From the NCBI RefSeq assembly GCF_963921235.1, contig NC_086107.1:111416001-111480000 (forward strand): a stretch of 64,000 bases of DNA. The letters are read 5' to 3'. This document shows positions 23,795 through 36,005 of the stretch, one piece after another. Position numbers and translations under genes: made by a program. Under the pieces are notes generated by a model, which had not been told where the DNA came from, made no database searches, and was given only the letters and a program-made list of their open reading frames with translations. The first letter of the stretch is position 1; the number at the start of each line of letters is the position of its first letter. Source of the stretch: Mobula hypostoma (lineage: Eukaryota).

Positions 23795-24505
23795 GAATCG
23801 TGAGCTGCCTAAGTGCTACACCTGCCCATACATCTCCTCCCTCACCTCCATTCAGGGTCCCAATCAGTCCTCCCAGGTGAGGCAACACTTGGCCTGTTAG
23901 TCTGCTGTGGTTGTCTATTGTGTCCGGCGCACCCGATGCTACCTCCTCTATTTTGGTGAGCCCCGTCATTAAATAGGGGGACTCCTTCGTTCCATCTGCC
24001 ACAAGCGGAACTTCCCGGTGGCCAAGCACTTTAATTCTGATTCCCATTCCAGTTCCAACATGTCGGTCCATGGCCTCCTCTTGTGCCGAGATGAGGCCAC
24101 ACTCAGGGTGGTGGGGCAGTACCTTATATTCCACCCGAGTAATCTTATGGCATGAATATAAATTTCAGCCAAAAAAAGTCCCCTTTCCCCACTCTAACCT
24201 TGTATCTCTTTTCACCAGCCCATCTCTTCCCACTGGGTCCCCTCCTCCTTCCTTTTCTCCTATGGTTCATTGCCCTCTCCATTCAGCTTCCTCCTTCCCC
24301 AGCCCTTGACCTTTCCCACCCAGCTGCCTTGACCTATCACCTTCTAGTCTGTCCTCCTTCCCTCCCCCCACCTTTTTACTCTGGCTTTCTCCCCCTTCCT
24401 TTCTAGTTCTGAAGAAGGTTCATAGCCCGAAACATCAACTTTTTATTCCTCTCCACAGATGCTGCCTGGCCTGCTGAGTTCCTCCAGTGTTTTATGTGTG
24501 TTGCA
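23795..24505 (+). mobile_element. Penelope-like element 3' part: GIY-YIG endonuclease remnant, pseudo-LTR and hammerhead (24405-24440)
   Basis: KCYTCPYI...QVRQHLAC*SAVVVYCVRRTRCYLLYFGE...PVAKHFN is the Cys-linker plus GIY-YIG motif typical of Neptune-type PLEs. It is followed by AGTT CTGAAGA AGGTTCATAGCCC GAAACATC AACT. Confidence 0.9.
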
Positions 24506-24884
24506 TTGGAATTGATTGTCCTGTTTCAACCCCAGAGTTCAGTTAGGATTGTATCTTTAGATCCAGAAACAAATGCTAATCCATTTGAGAGAGAAAAGGT
24601 TATGGACTGGGATGGTAAGTCATGGTTATAGCTTACAGATGTTTCCAGGTGCGGCATTGAAATGATTTAACGACAACAGAGATTTCTGAGGAGAAGAATC
24701 ACTTTTTTTTCATTTTTTTTCCTCAGTGAACTTCCAATAGAAATCAACATTCTTAGTGATGTACAGTGTGGCACTTTAAAACATTTAAAATAATTTGAAG
24801 GATCTGTTGATTTGTGCAATTCGACAACTTGACAATTTACTGGAAGTTTTTATGGCTCCTTGGCAATGCAGTGTAAGAATAGTC

Positions 24885-25660
24885 ATGTAGTCATAGAAGA
24901 GCACAACACAGAAACAGGCCCTTTGGCCCGTCCAGTCTGTGCCAAACCATTTAAGCAGGTTAGTCCCATTGACCTGCACCAGGGGCATAGCCCTCCATAC
25001 CCCTTCCATCCATCTAGTATCAAACTTCTCTTAAATGTTAAAACTGAAATCGCATCCACTACTTGCACTGGCAACTCATTCCACAGTCTCAACACCACCT
25101 GAATGAACTTTTCCCTTAACCATTTCACCTTCCACCCTTAACCCATGACCTCTAGTTGTAGTCTACTCCAACCTCAGTGGAAAAAGCCCGCTTGCATTTA
25201 CCCTATCTATAGCCCTCATAATTTTGTATTACTCTATATCAAATCTCCCCTCAATCTTTGACATTCTAGAGAATAAAGTCCCAACCTGTTCAACCTTTCC
25301 CAGTAACTCAGGTCCTCAAGTCCTGGCAACATCCTTGTAGATTTTTTCTCTGTATTCTTTCAATCTTATTTACATCCTTCCTGTAGGCCGGTGGCCAAAG
25401 CTGGATGCAATACTTGAAATTAGGCCTCCGCATATCTTCTATATATAGGAGGGATTCATGTTTGGGGATTGGCCTTTTAGCTGGTTCAGCACAACGCTGT
25501 GGGCTGAATAGCCTGTTCCTGTGCTATACTTTCCTATGTTCTGCTTCTTATACAATCTCAACACAACATCCCAATTCCTGTACTCAACACATTGATTTAT
25601 GAAGGCAATGTGCCAAAAGCTTTCTTTACGACCCTGTCTACTTGTAACGCCGCTTTCAAT
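24885..25660 (-). mobile_element. CR1 3' portion (decayed)
   Basis: Peptide VVLRLWNELPVQVVDAISVLTFKRSL...GYG and upstream remnants. Confidence 0.85.
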
Positions 25661-26054
25661 GAATTTGTCTGGGTCTGCTACATGAGCCTTCTATTTATAT
25701 AATTAACTGAAATGTGCCTATGATGACCCTTGGCCCACGCAGTCATCACTATTTTCGCCTTTCAAACATCACTTGACTTAGTCCACCATCCAACTTTACT
25801 CCCACCTCAACACATCAGCTGCTCAAAGCCTCAACCGTGCCTTTGTTAATTCCAGCCTTATCCGTTCCAATGCATAATCGACAGCTTCCTCATCCTACAC
25901 TGTGTAAGGTTACAGTCATTAGCCATTCTTTAACTCTCACCATCTACCGACCACCCAGTAACGCTCTGCTCAGCAAGCAGTACTGGTTCCAGTTAAACAA
26001 ATCACTGATTTCAACTTTCCTTTCAGATCACTCAGTGGTCTTCAGAGAGATTCA

Positions 26055-26600
26055 AGATTCAAGATTGTTTAATGTTGTTTCCTGAACACAAGTGTAAGCA
26101 GAATGAAATAATTGTTACTCCAGATTCGATGCAGCACAAAAAAAACCACAAAAGATAAAGAACACAACAATAAATATAACCCAATAATAATAAATATACT
26201 GTAACTACCCAAATAGCTTACATTCATAGATTCATAGAATGTCCATAAAGTGATGCTAGGCTGAACATAAGGTGGCTGACAGGAAATAGTAAAGTAGAGG
26301 TGGGTTAGTGAGTGGAGGTGTTGATCAGCCTTACTACTTGGGGAAAGGAACTGTTTGAGTCTGGTGGTCCTGGCGTGGATGCTAAGTAGATTCCTCCCTG
26401 ATGGGAGTGGGACAAACAGTCCATGAGCAGGGTGGGTGGGATCCTTCATGATGTCACTGGCCCTTTTCTAGCAACTTTCTCTACATACGTCCTGGATGGT
26501 GGGTCGGCTGTTGCCAGTGATGTGTTGGGCAGCTTTGACTCCCTGCTGTCGAGCCTTCCTGTCCACTGCAGGGCAGTTTCTGTACCATGCCATGAAGCAG
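26055..26600 (-). mobile_element. Rex1/Babar-like LINE 3' end
   Basis: Peptide MKDPTHPAHGLFVPLPSGRNLLSIHARTTRLK and (AATCTTG)n tail. Confidence 0.85.
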
Positions 26601-29374
26601 CTTGTCATTGGTCACAAATAATCTAGGCTTGGACTCAAATTAGAATGTTTAGTTAGTTGGATCTGTGCTTAATGTGGCCTGTTTCTGAAGACCAAGTCAA
26701 GAAACATGGTTTAAACCTGAACGTCTTGCAGAAGGAAACTGATGAGGTACACATTACTACAAATTCAGGGAGGTCTGGTTTCCTACGCAAATTGTTAAAA
26801 AAAATACATATTTTCTCTTTTTATATATAAAAAAATTCTATTTTGAAACCTGGACACTACACACTAGAGGTTGGAGATTCTCAACAAGTCAGGCAGCACC
26901 TGCGGAGGAGAATAAACTATCGATCTTCCGAGACCTTTCATGGTATGATTACATAGTGGCTGGCATAACATCTTACAGCGCTGGTGACTGGAGTACAATT
27001 CCTACCGCTATCTGTAAGGAGGATATACGTTCTCCCCGTGACTATGTGCCTTTCCTCCGGGTGCCCCAGTTTCCTCCCGCATTCCACAGACCTACAAGTT
27101 GGTAAGGGTTAGTAGGCTGTGGGCATGCTATGTTGGTGCCACTTGCAGACAGGACTTTAAGTTTTCACTTTGTCAGACTGTGTTGGCTTCCGGCGCAAAC
27201 GACGCACTTCATTCTGTTTCGATGTTTCAATGTATATATGGCAAACAAAGCTAATCTTAACATCTTATCTTATCAGGGTTGTCAGCTGAACAGCCGTCAA
27301 AGAAATATCGACTGTTTATTTCTCCCCATGGATTGTGTCTGACCAGCTGAGTTTCTCCAGCATGTCCTGTGTTGCTCAAGATTTCCAGCATCTGCAGAAT
27401 CCCCTGTGTTTTTAATTTTCAATCCCCAATACTACTGGACGAAAGCCAGCATTGCTCAAGTAAAAGCAAAAAATGCTGGAAATACTTGGGTCAGGTAGCA
27501 TCGGTGAAGTGGGAAAGTTACTGTTTCAAGCTAATGACTTTTACTCAAAATTTATGGCAGAGCCAGATAGGTTCTTCATTAGCCAGGGCGTCAAAGGGTA
27601 ATGGGGAAGGCAGGGGAGTGGGAATGACTGGAAGAATTGGATCAGCCCATGATTGAATGGCAGAGCAGACTCGATGGGCCGAATGGCCTACTTCTGCTCC
27701 TATATCTTATGGTCTTATATTCCTCAAGGCTGCCGAGGGCTTTAGTTGATGATGTTGATATCTTTAAAGTGATTGTTCAAGCATCCTTTGAGGCGCGGTT
27801 AACTTGAGAAAATTCACATCATGTTTATTGCTAAGTTGAAAACTTAAAGTTCAAAGTGAATCTATTATCAAGGTACATACTGCATACGTGCTCCCTTTCA
27901 CCTTCTTGCAGTTATACTCAAAAAAATCCAATAACCACTATAGAATCAATGAAAGGGAGCACCCACAGGATGGACAACCATCAAACTGGGCAAATACAAA
28001 AGAAATATAATAACAACAATCATGTAGGGTCTTTTAAGAGACTCTTGGATGGGTACATGGAGCTTAGAAAAACAGAGGGCTATGGGTAACCCTAGGTAAT
28101 TTCTAAGGTAAGGACGTGTTCGGCACAGTTTTGTGGGCTGAAGGGCCTGTATTGTGCTGTAGGTTTTCTATGTTTCTATGTGCCATGTTGTATGATGTGG
28201 ATGACCAAGGTCTATGATCATGACTGTTCTTGGCAAATTCTACAGAAGTGGCTTCCCATTGCCTTCATCTGGGCAGTGCCTTTACAAGATGGGTGACCCT
28301 AGCCATTATCAACTCTCTTCAGACTTTATCTGCCTGGTGTCAGTGGTCGCATAACTAGGACTTGTGATAGGCACCAGCTCTCGACTCATACGACCATCCA
28401 CCACTTGCTCCCATGGCTTCAAGTGACCCTGACTGGGGGGAGTGAAGCAGGTGCTACACTTTGCCCAAGGGTGACCTCCAGGTTAACAGAGGGCAGGAGC
28501 ACATTACACCTACTTTGGTAGAGATGAATCCCAAACTAATAAATAAATAAGCAATAAATATTGAGAACATGAGATGAAGAGTCCTTGAGAGCAGTTCACT
28601 GATGGAGACAGTGAAGTTATCCCCTCTGGTTCAACACTCTGATGGTTGAGGGGTGATAACTATTCCTGAACCTGGTGGCGTGGGTCCTGAGGCTCCTGTA
28701 CCTCCTTCCTGATGGCAGCAGCCAAGGGTTCCTGATGATAGATGCGAGATGCATCATCGCATTCTTTGTTAATAACATACATGCAAGTTAAAAATTACTA
28801 ACAGCTGGCAAATGAATTACTTGTTAGTGTTGTTTTTCAAGAGGGAGAGAGAGAGGGGCGGGAGATGACATTCTTGTGAATATATTTGATAGGATACAAG
28901 ATTTTGCCTTTTGATAGAAGGTTTACAGTTAGATTATCTATTTCTTTATCTATAGCAATCTCCACGTGGGCCTGTGTTTTGTTGCTCGTACTATTATCAT
29001 GACAGAGTTCAAAGTAAATTTATTATCAGAGTACATATATGTCATCAGATACTACCCAGAGGTTCAACTTCGTGCAGGCATTCACAGTAGAACAAAAAAA
29101 GAATAACTAGAATCAATGGAAACCAAAGCACAAGTGAAGACTGGCAAATAACTAATGTGCAAGAGAAGACAGATTACACAAATACACAAAAATAATGAAA
29201 TAAATAAATAGTACTGAGAACACGAGTCGTAGAGTCCTTGAAAGTGAGTCTATAGGTTGAATTGAATTGACTTTATTTCTTACTTCCTTCACATACATGA
29301 GTGAAAATCTTTACGTTACCTGTGGAATCAGTTCAGTGTTGAGGTGAGTGGTTGAGGGGTAATAACTGCTTAGG

Positions 29375-29745
29375 ATGGTGGTGAATGTTGGTAGTTCGGG
29401 CTGAGGCATTTGATGTTGTGATGTTCAACGAGGTTTGGCAATTAGCTTGCAGATGTTTCATCGCCAGTCAAGGTGACATCTGAATGGACAGTTGTTGGTG
29501 TCTCTCTCTGGGAGTGCTCGCATCTATATAGTTGCCCCGGTCCAGATTGGTTACCCCTGCGGTTGACCTTAGAATTCTATTGATTTGCATTTCTTTGGCT
29601 CTTGGGGGTTTGTAGCTGCGTCTATTTCTATATGTTTGGTTACGGAGTTATCAGAAGAGAACCACGCTTCTACAAATACTCGTGCCCGCTTCGTGATTGA
29701 CTGTGCCTAAACCTCTGCGGTCCCAGTTAAAATTCTCGTGTCCTA
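29375..29745 (-). mobile_element. Second Penelope-like lineage (Poseidon-type) 3' remnant with degenerate hammerhead (about 29448-29490)
   Basis: Frameshifted GH.FNWD...AQSITKRARVFVEAWFSSDNSVTKHIEID. Minus strand GATGTCACC-TTGACT-GGCGAT-GAAACATC. Confidence 0.75.
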
Positions 29746-30314
29746 AAATGGTGTAGTAACTGTTCCTGAACCTGGGGTTCTTGAAGGTAGTAGTTAAAAG
29801 AGCATGGCCTCAGTGGCCAAGACCCTTGATGATAGATTCTGCTTTTTTGTGACAGCACTCCCCACCTTCTAGATATGCTCAATGGTGAGGAGGACTTTCC
29901 TGTGATGGACTGGGCTCTATCTGCCACTCTTTGAAGACTTTTCCCTTCATGGACATTGGTGTTTCCACACCAGGCCATGATACAACCAGTCAGAATACTC
30001 TCCACCGGGCATCTAAAGTTCTAATGCTTCCCACAGTCAAATCCCGGTTTTTTCCCCCTACCACCCCTATATCCATACCAGCCACTCCCCTCCACAGCCC
30101 CTTTCATTTCCCCCCATACACTGCCATTTTACACTTACACTCCACACCTCGCACCCACACCGACAGTCACTGTCCTACTGTGTTTTCATCTGCCCTGCTG
30201 GTACCAAAAGAATTCCTCTTGCTAACAACCACTTTGTCGCTTTATCATGTCCTGTCAGAGTGACCTTGTGTTCAGATACTCCTGCAGACATGGTCAAGAG
30301 GTCCAGTTCTCATT

Positions 30315-30738
30315 CAGATCAAGCATCAGAACGGGGAAGAAACGTGATCTAAGTGACCTTGATCTTGGAATGATTGTCAGTACCAGATGGGGTGGCTGAG
30401 TTATCTCAGAAACTGCTGATCTCCTGGGATTTTCACGCACAACAGTTTACAGAGAATGGTGTGAAAAATGAAAAAAAAAACATCCAGTGAGCAGCAGTTC
30501 TGTGAGCCAAAACGCCTTCCTAATGAAAGAGGTCAGAGAACGGCCAGATTGGTTCAAGCTGACAGGAAGACAACAGCAACTCAAATTAACCACGCATACA
30601 ACGGTGGAGTGCAGAAGAGTATCTCTGAAAGTACCGCACATTGAACCTCGAAGTGGATGGGCTTCAGCAGCAGAAGACCATGAACGTATATTCACAGGCC
30701 ACTTTATTAGATACATAACAAAGTGGCCTCTGAGTGTA
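30315..30738 (+). mobile_element. Tc1-like remnant (same family as 5578-6126)
   Basis: GGGGAAGAAACGTGATCTAAGTGAC (GKKRDLSD) through to AAAGTGGCCTCTGAGTGTA. Confidence 0.85.
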
Positions 30739-30794
30739 TGAACCATATATCCGATATAATACAAACCTGAGCAGATTACTATAACTTCATTCTG

Positions 30795-31010
30795 CCATGG
30801 ACAGTCCCAGAGGCCATGGGGCTGGCAACCCCATCCCGTAAAAACCCAGAGCTACAGAAACGCCCACGGGAGCTCCGAAGAGCTCATCGCAGGGAGAGGA
30901 AGGATCTTCGAAGATGGGCTACACCTGGGGACAACTTGAACGACTGGCCCAGGACAGAGGATTCTGGTGAACTGCTGTTGACGGCCTTCGCCCCAGCAAG
31001 ATTGGGAAGT
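30795..31010 (+). mobile_element. Short RTE-derived non-autonomous element (second copy about 41950-42190)
   Basis: GGGCTGGCAACCCCATCCCGTAAAAACC 5' motif fused to an RTE-like 3' peptide (TWGQLERLAQDRGFW..AVDGL). Confidence 0.7.
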
Positions 31011-31029
31011 AAGATTGCTATATCTTTAA

Positions 31030-31297
31030 GCCATGCATTGATGGAAAGGTATGTCACATCCGGGGTTTGTCCAGTTAGCGGACCATTTCCCTCCACGCCT
31101 CTCTGACGTAGTGGGGAACCGCGGTACGAGGCAAGTTACAGCAGTGGTTTGCCATTGCTTTCTGCCGGGTGAGTTTCCAAAGGGATCACCAGCTCTTAAC
31201 CCAGCACGGACGGAGAGCGTGCAGGGGAGCTGGCTGGATTCGAACCCGGGACCTTTCTCCCCGAAGTCCGACGCTGATGCCACTACGCCACCAGCCA
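31030..31297 (-). mobile_element. tRNA-derived SINE (related copy about 39130-39330, +)
   Basis: Minus-strand A-box TGGCGTAGTGG, B-box GGTTCGAATCC, and body GCAATGGCAAACCACTGCTGTA. Confidence 0.8.
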
Positions 31298-32027
31298 GGT
31301 CCATGCACTAATAGGCACCTTTAACCTTAAAAATATCTGAGTGCTCAAATAAACAAAAAACTCTTTTAGTCTGTCGAGTAGGTTCTTACGTGGTTTGACA
31401 TTTAATTATTTATTTATTGAGACAGTGTGCAGTCTGCCCTGCTGGCTCTTCGAGCCGCACAACCCCCAACAAATCAGATTAACCCTGACCTAATCACGGC
31501 AATGTACAACGCCCAATTACCCTACCCGATACATCTTTGGACTGAGAGAGGAAACCAGATCACCGAGAGGAAACACACACATTTCACGGGGAGGACACAC
31601 ACTCCTTACAGACGTGGTTGGAATTGAACTCTGAACTCCGGAGCGTCCACAGCTGTAATAGCGTCGCGCTAAACACGGCATTGCCGCGGCGCCGCAGCCC
31701 AGCGCCTTGATCACCGAAACAGGCCAAGTCGACGTGAGCTCTACGCAGGCTGCTTCTGACATTTATCGTTGCAGAGTCACGCGGTGAGACACCACAGAAA
31801 TAAGCCTATCTGCTTACCCCTGCTGCACGGTGTACCGACCCACACTAATCCCAGTTACCCGAATTAGGTCTGGTAGCTGTCTTTGTTTAGGTGATTCAAA
31901 TGTTTGTCTCAGTGTGTCTGCATTCACCTCCTCTTCAGGAAGCTTACCTCAGACTCAACCACCGTCTCGGTGGAAAAAAAATCCCCCCACAAGTCCCGTC
32001 TAAAACGCCTTCCTCTCACTTTAAATC

Positions 32028-33018
32028 TACACTCAGTGGCAACTTTATCAGGTGCAGGAGATTGCCTAAAAAACTGGCCACTGAGTGTATGTTCGTGGTC
32101 TTCTGCTGCTGTAGCCCGTCCACTTCAAGATTCGATATGATATGTGCTCAGAGAGATGCTCTTCCGCACACCACTGTTGTAATGTGTGGTTATTTCAGTT
32201 ACTGTCGCCTTCCTGTCAGCTTGAACCAGTCTGGCCATTCTCCTCTGACCTCTCTCATTAACAGAGCGTCTTGACCCACAGATCTGCTGCTCACTTTTTT
32301 TTTGTTTCCTGCACCACTCTCGAGGGACTGTTATGTGTGAAAATCCCAGGAGATCAGCGGTCTCTGAGATACACAAACCACCCCGTCTAGCACCAACAAT
32401 CGTTCCACAGTCACTTAGATCACATCAAAGTCACTTGGATCACAATTCTTTCTCATTCTCTGAACAACAACTGAACCTCTTGACCATGTCAGCATGCTTC
32501 ATGCATTGAGTTGCTGCCACATGATTGGCTGATTAGCTACCTGTATGGATTGTCACCTTGTCGCGGTGGAGAAGCTTGTGTGGTCCTGTGATCCCGAGAG
32601 CGATGCCATCTGGAGCTATGCTCCTGGTAGGGTCACCCATAGCGGTAAGGTCGAGGGTGAGGTCCCTGACAAAGAACAATCCAACCAAGACCTCAACAGT
32701 GGAACAGGTGGACAAAGTTACTTCGAACTCAACGGCTGTGAAGGCGGATGAAGGCTGCAACAAATCCATCAGCTCCAATCGTCGTGGTTTCCATGCCACT
32801 GGAATCAGTCGGTTGATTTGTGAAGTATCGTGCGCTTCTTGGAGTGCAACCTCAAGTACACGTTAAACGAATACACGCACAGGCGTCTTCGCTCTGTGGG
32901 CCACTTCTTCAGAACGAAGACCATCATCCTTAACCTCGAGGGATAGCCATGACGACGACCTGCATTTGCATTAATGAGCAGTGTACAGGTGTACCTAATA
33001 AAGTGGCCACTGAGTGTG
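32028..33018 (-). mobile_element. Tc1-like non-autonomous element with both TIRs and a nested insertion
   Basis: TACACTCAGTGGCAACTTTAT / ATAAAGTGGCCACTGAGTGT. Peptide ISETADLLGFS...RGQRRMARLVQADRKATVTEITTHYN. Confidence 0.9.
32545..32958 (+). mobile_element. RTE-clade bipartite non-autonomous retroelement
   Basis: 5' GTCACCTTGTCGCGGTGGAG...GCTATGCTCCTGGTAGGGTCACCCA resembles the recalled Expander/BovB 5' UTR. It ends in a (GAC)3 tail, has no RT ORF, and interrupts the Tc1 copy. Confidence 0.7.
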
Positions 33019-35424
33019 CATCGCCTTGTCTTGGACATACCTGCCGTTCTACTTTTTTAACAATCTACCCTATTTAACCCCTTCAAAATGTTGCATACCT
33101 TATCAAGCAGCTCAGTCTCCTCTGGGGAAACCGAATTCAGCCGGGCCAGTCTCTCCTCATGACTGAAATGCTCCAATCCAGGCAACGTTCTGCTGAATCT
33201 CCTCTGCCTACTCTCCAGCGCAAAGACGTCCTTCCTGTACTGCGGTGATCAGAATTGCACACAGAATTCTGGGTGGCATGACTTTCCAGCTGTTCTTTGT
33301 TCTATCTAGTGAGATCACTCACACTGAGTATGTTGTTTTCCCAGTGGCTAGTCTATTGGCGGGTCCTCGGGTGGCTGTGGAGACTGATCCAGGATCCACA
33401 TGCTCGGGTGCAGTGTGGGCAATTGCAAGTGCTGCCTGTGGATCGGTGTCTATGCTACTGTTGATGAAGGCAAACACTCCAAATGCACTCTTCACCTGGT
33501 CCACCTGTGCAGCCATTTGCACGGATCTAAGGGTGTATCTCAACGTCCTTCTATCCACCAGTCCTCCTCAGACATCTGCCAATTTATGGGTGTGCTCACA
33601 TTGCACTTTTTAGAATTCTCCAAAGCTCCACCCAACCTTCCAGCCAATCTATATACAGAGCTGTGGCCTCAAACAACCTTCCTCACTATCTACTTCACCA
33701 CCATCTGCAAACACACAGATCATACCTCCTACTTTCCATCCAAGCCATTAATATACATCAGAAACAATAAAGGCCCCAAGTGCACCACCATCACAGGCTT
33801 CCAGTCAGAAAAGCAACTCTCTCTGCATCCTTTTACCAAGCCAATTTTGGAGCCAAATAGCCAACTTAGGCCCTATCCTTTAGGAACAACCTTCCTAAAG
33901 TCCACATAGACAATATCTACTGAATTCTATTCATCAACTAGCCTAAATACTTCATAAAAAATCAATTATATTTGTACAAAACAGGATTCCCCACAAGCAA
34001 TGCTATGCTGACTATCCTAATTTCTGAAGAAGGGTTGCCAGTCCGGATGAAGGGTCTCGGACCAAAATGTCAACTGCTTACTCTTTTCCATAGATGCCAG
34101 CTGGGCTGCTGAGTCCCTCCAGCATTTATTTATCCTAATTTATTTATTTATAGACAGCGTGGAACTGGCTCTTGGAGTCGCAGTGCCCAGCAATTCCCTG
34201 ATTTAACCCTAGCCAGGGCAATTTACAATAACCAACGAAACCTGTAGCTGGATGTGTTTGGACTGAGGAAACTGGGAGAATGCACAACTCCTTACAGGCA
34301 GTGGCGGGAATCGCACCCTGGTTGCCTGTACTGTAAACCATTGTGCTAACCACTACACTACCATGCCACACTGCCTTTCCTATTGAAAATAAAATAAAAC
34401 GTAGAACTTCTTCCAGTTATTTTCCTACGGTTGACTCAAGGGCCTGTAGTTATCTGGTTTATTCCTGCTGCCCTTCTTGAATAAAGAAACATTAGTTAAC
34501 GTCGAGTCATCTTGTGCTTCGCTCGTGACTAACAAAAGATATAAAGCTGTCCCAGCAATCTCCTCACTTTTCTTCCAAAGCAAGCTGAAGCTCCAGTTTC
34601 AAGTTTGTCATTCAACCAGACATAAATATAGCCAAGTGAAACAGTGTTCCTCTGGGGTCAAGATGCAAAACACATTACCAACAACACATGGCATCTACTG
34701 AATGAACACCAGAGGGCAGCACTAAGCAAACACCAAGGGCAGGGCTGGTCCAGCACATGCAGTTTCTGGACCATGCAGTTTTGGCACAACTATACATAAC
34801 GAGTCCAAATGACAATACAACAAGAGGTGCACAATCTGCTGCTGGGATAGCCCTGCTGTAGTTAAAGTTCTTAGTATCCAGCAGGGACTTGTGATCGTAA
34901 AAGAGATATACAGGACAAACAAATCCACCTTCGATTGGACCTGGAGTGGCTGCTATCTTACCAGCCTGGGATGCATACTGGATTCCAGTGATGCTCAGAT
35001 CCTAACAAACTATAAACCAAAAATAAAGCTTTCAGACAAGCTATGAGTTATAGGACACAACAGGCCCTTCAGCCCATCTAGCCTGAGCCAAACCATTAAT
35101 CTGCCTAGTCCCTTCGGACTGCACCAGGACCACTGCCGTCCATACCCCTCCCATCCATGTATCTCTCCAAACTACTCTTAAATATTGAAATCGAATCCAT
35201 ACCCAGCATTTCCACTGACAGCTCACTCCACACCCTTACCGCACTCTGGGTTAAACCCCCAATGTTATTGAAGGCCCTGGAAGCTGGGACTCATTAGCGT
35301 TAATCTTAGCATTTCATGACAACTGGATCTAAAGTCACCAGTACAGTTTCCCTGGGCTAGGATATCTGTATCCTGCTTTAACATTTCACCGAGTTCCAAG
35401 TTTCATGGCTCCTTGAAAGTAGTT

Positions 35425-36005
35425 TATTGGTCAAAGCACTGAGTTCAATAGTCAAGAGATAACATTTTAACTTTATAAAACTCTGGTTTGGCTGCCTCTG
35501 GAGTATTGTATACAGTCTTGGTTGCCCCACTATAGGAAGGATGTTTGGAGAAGAGGTTTATCAGGATGTTGCCTGGTTTAGAGGGTATGTGCTACCCCAA
35601 GAGGCTGGATAAACTTCGGCTGTTTTCACCGGAGAGCCAGTGGCTGAGGGGAGATCGGCTAGAGGTTTATAAGATTATGAGAAGCATAGATAGAGTGAAC
35701 AGAGAGTATCTGTTTCCCAGGGTTGAAATGTCTAATACCAGGGGGCAGACATTGAAGGTGAGAAGGGGATGTGAAGGGTAAGTTTTTTACTCAGAGTGGT
35801 GGGTGCCTGGTGTGGTGACAGAGGCAAATGCATTAGAGCCTTTTAAGAGATGTTTGGATAGGCACATGGATGTAAGGAAGATGAAGGGATATGGACACTG
35901 TGCAGGTAGGAGGAATTAGTGTCTGGGTGTTCTTGATTTGTTATTCAGCCAGTTTGGCACAACACAGTAGGCTAAATGGCTTGTTCCTGTGCTGTACAGT
36001 TCTAT
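35425..36005 (+). mobile_element. CR1 3' end
   Basis: ORF 35545-35781 RFIRMLPGL...RLDKLRLFS...LRGDRLEVYKIM...NTRG. Confidence 0.9.

Noticed and set aside
24700..24730. Strong plus-strand acceptor-like tract (T-rich...CCTCAG)
   Set aside because: No matching donor or open exon follows.
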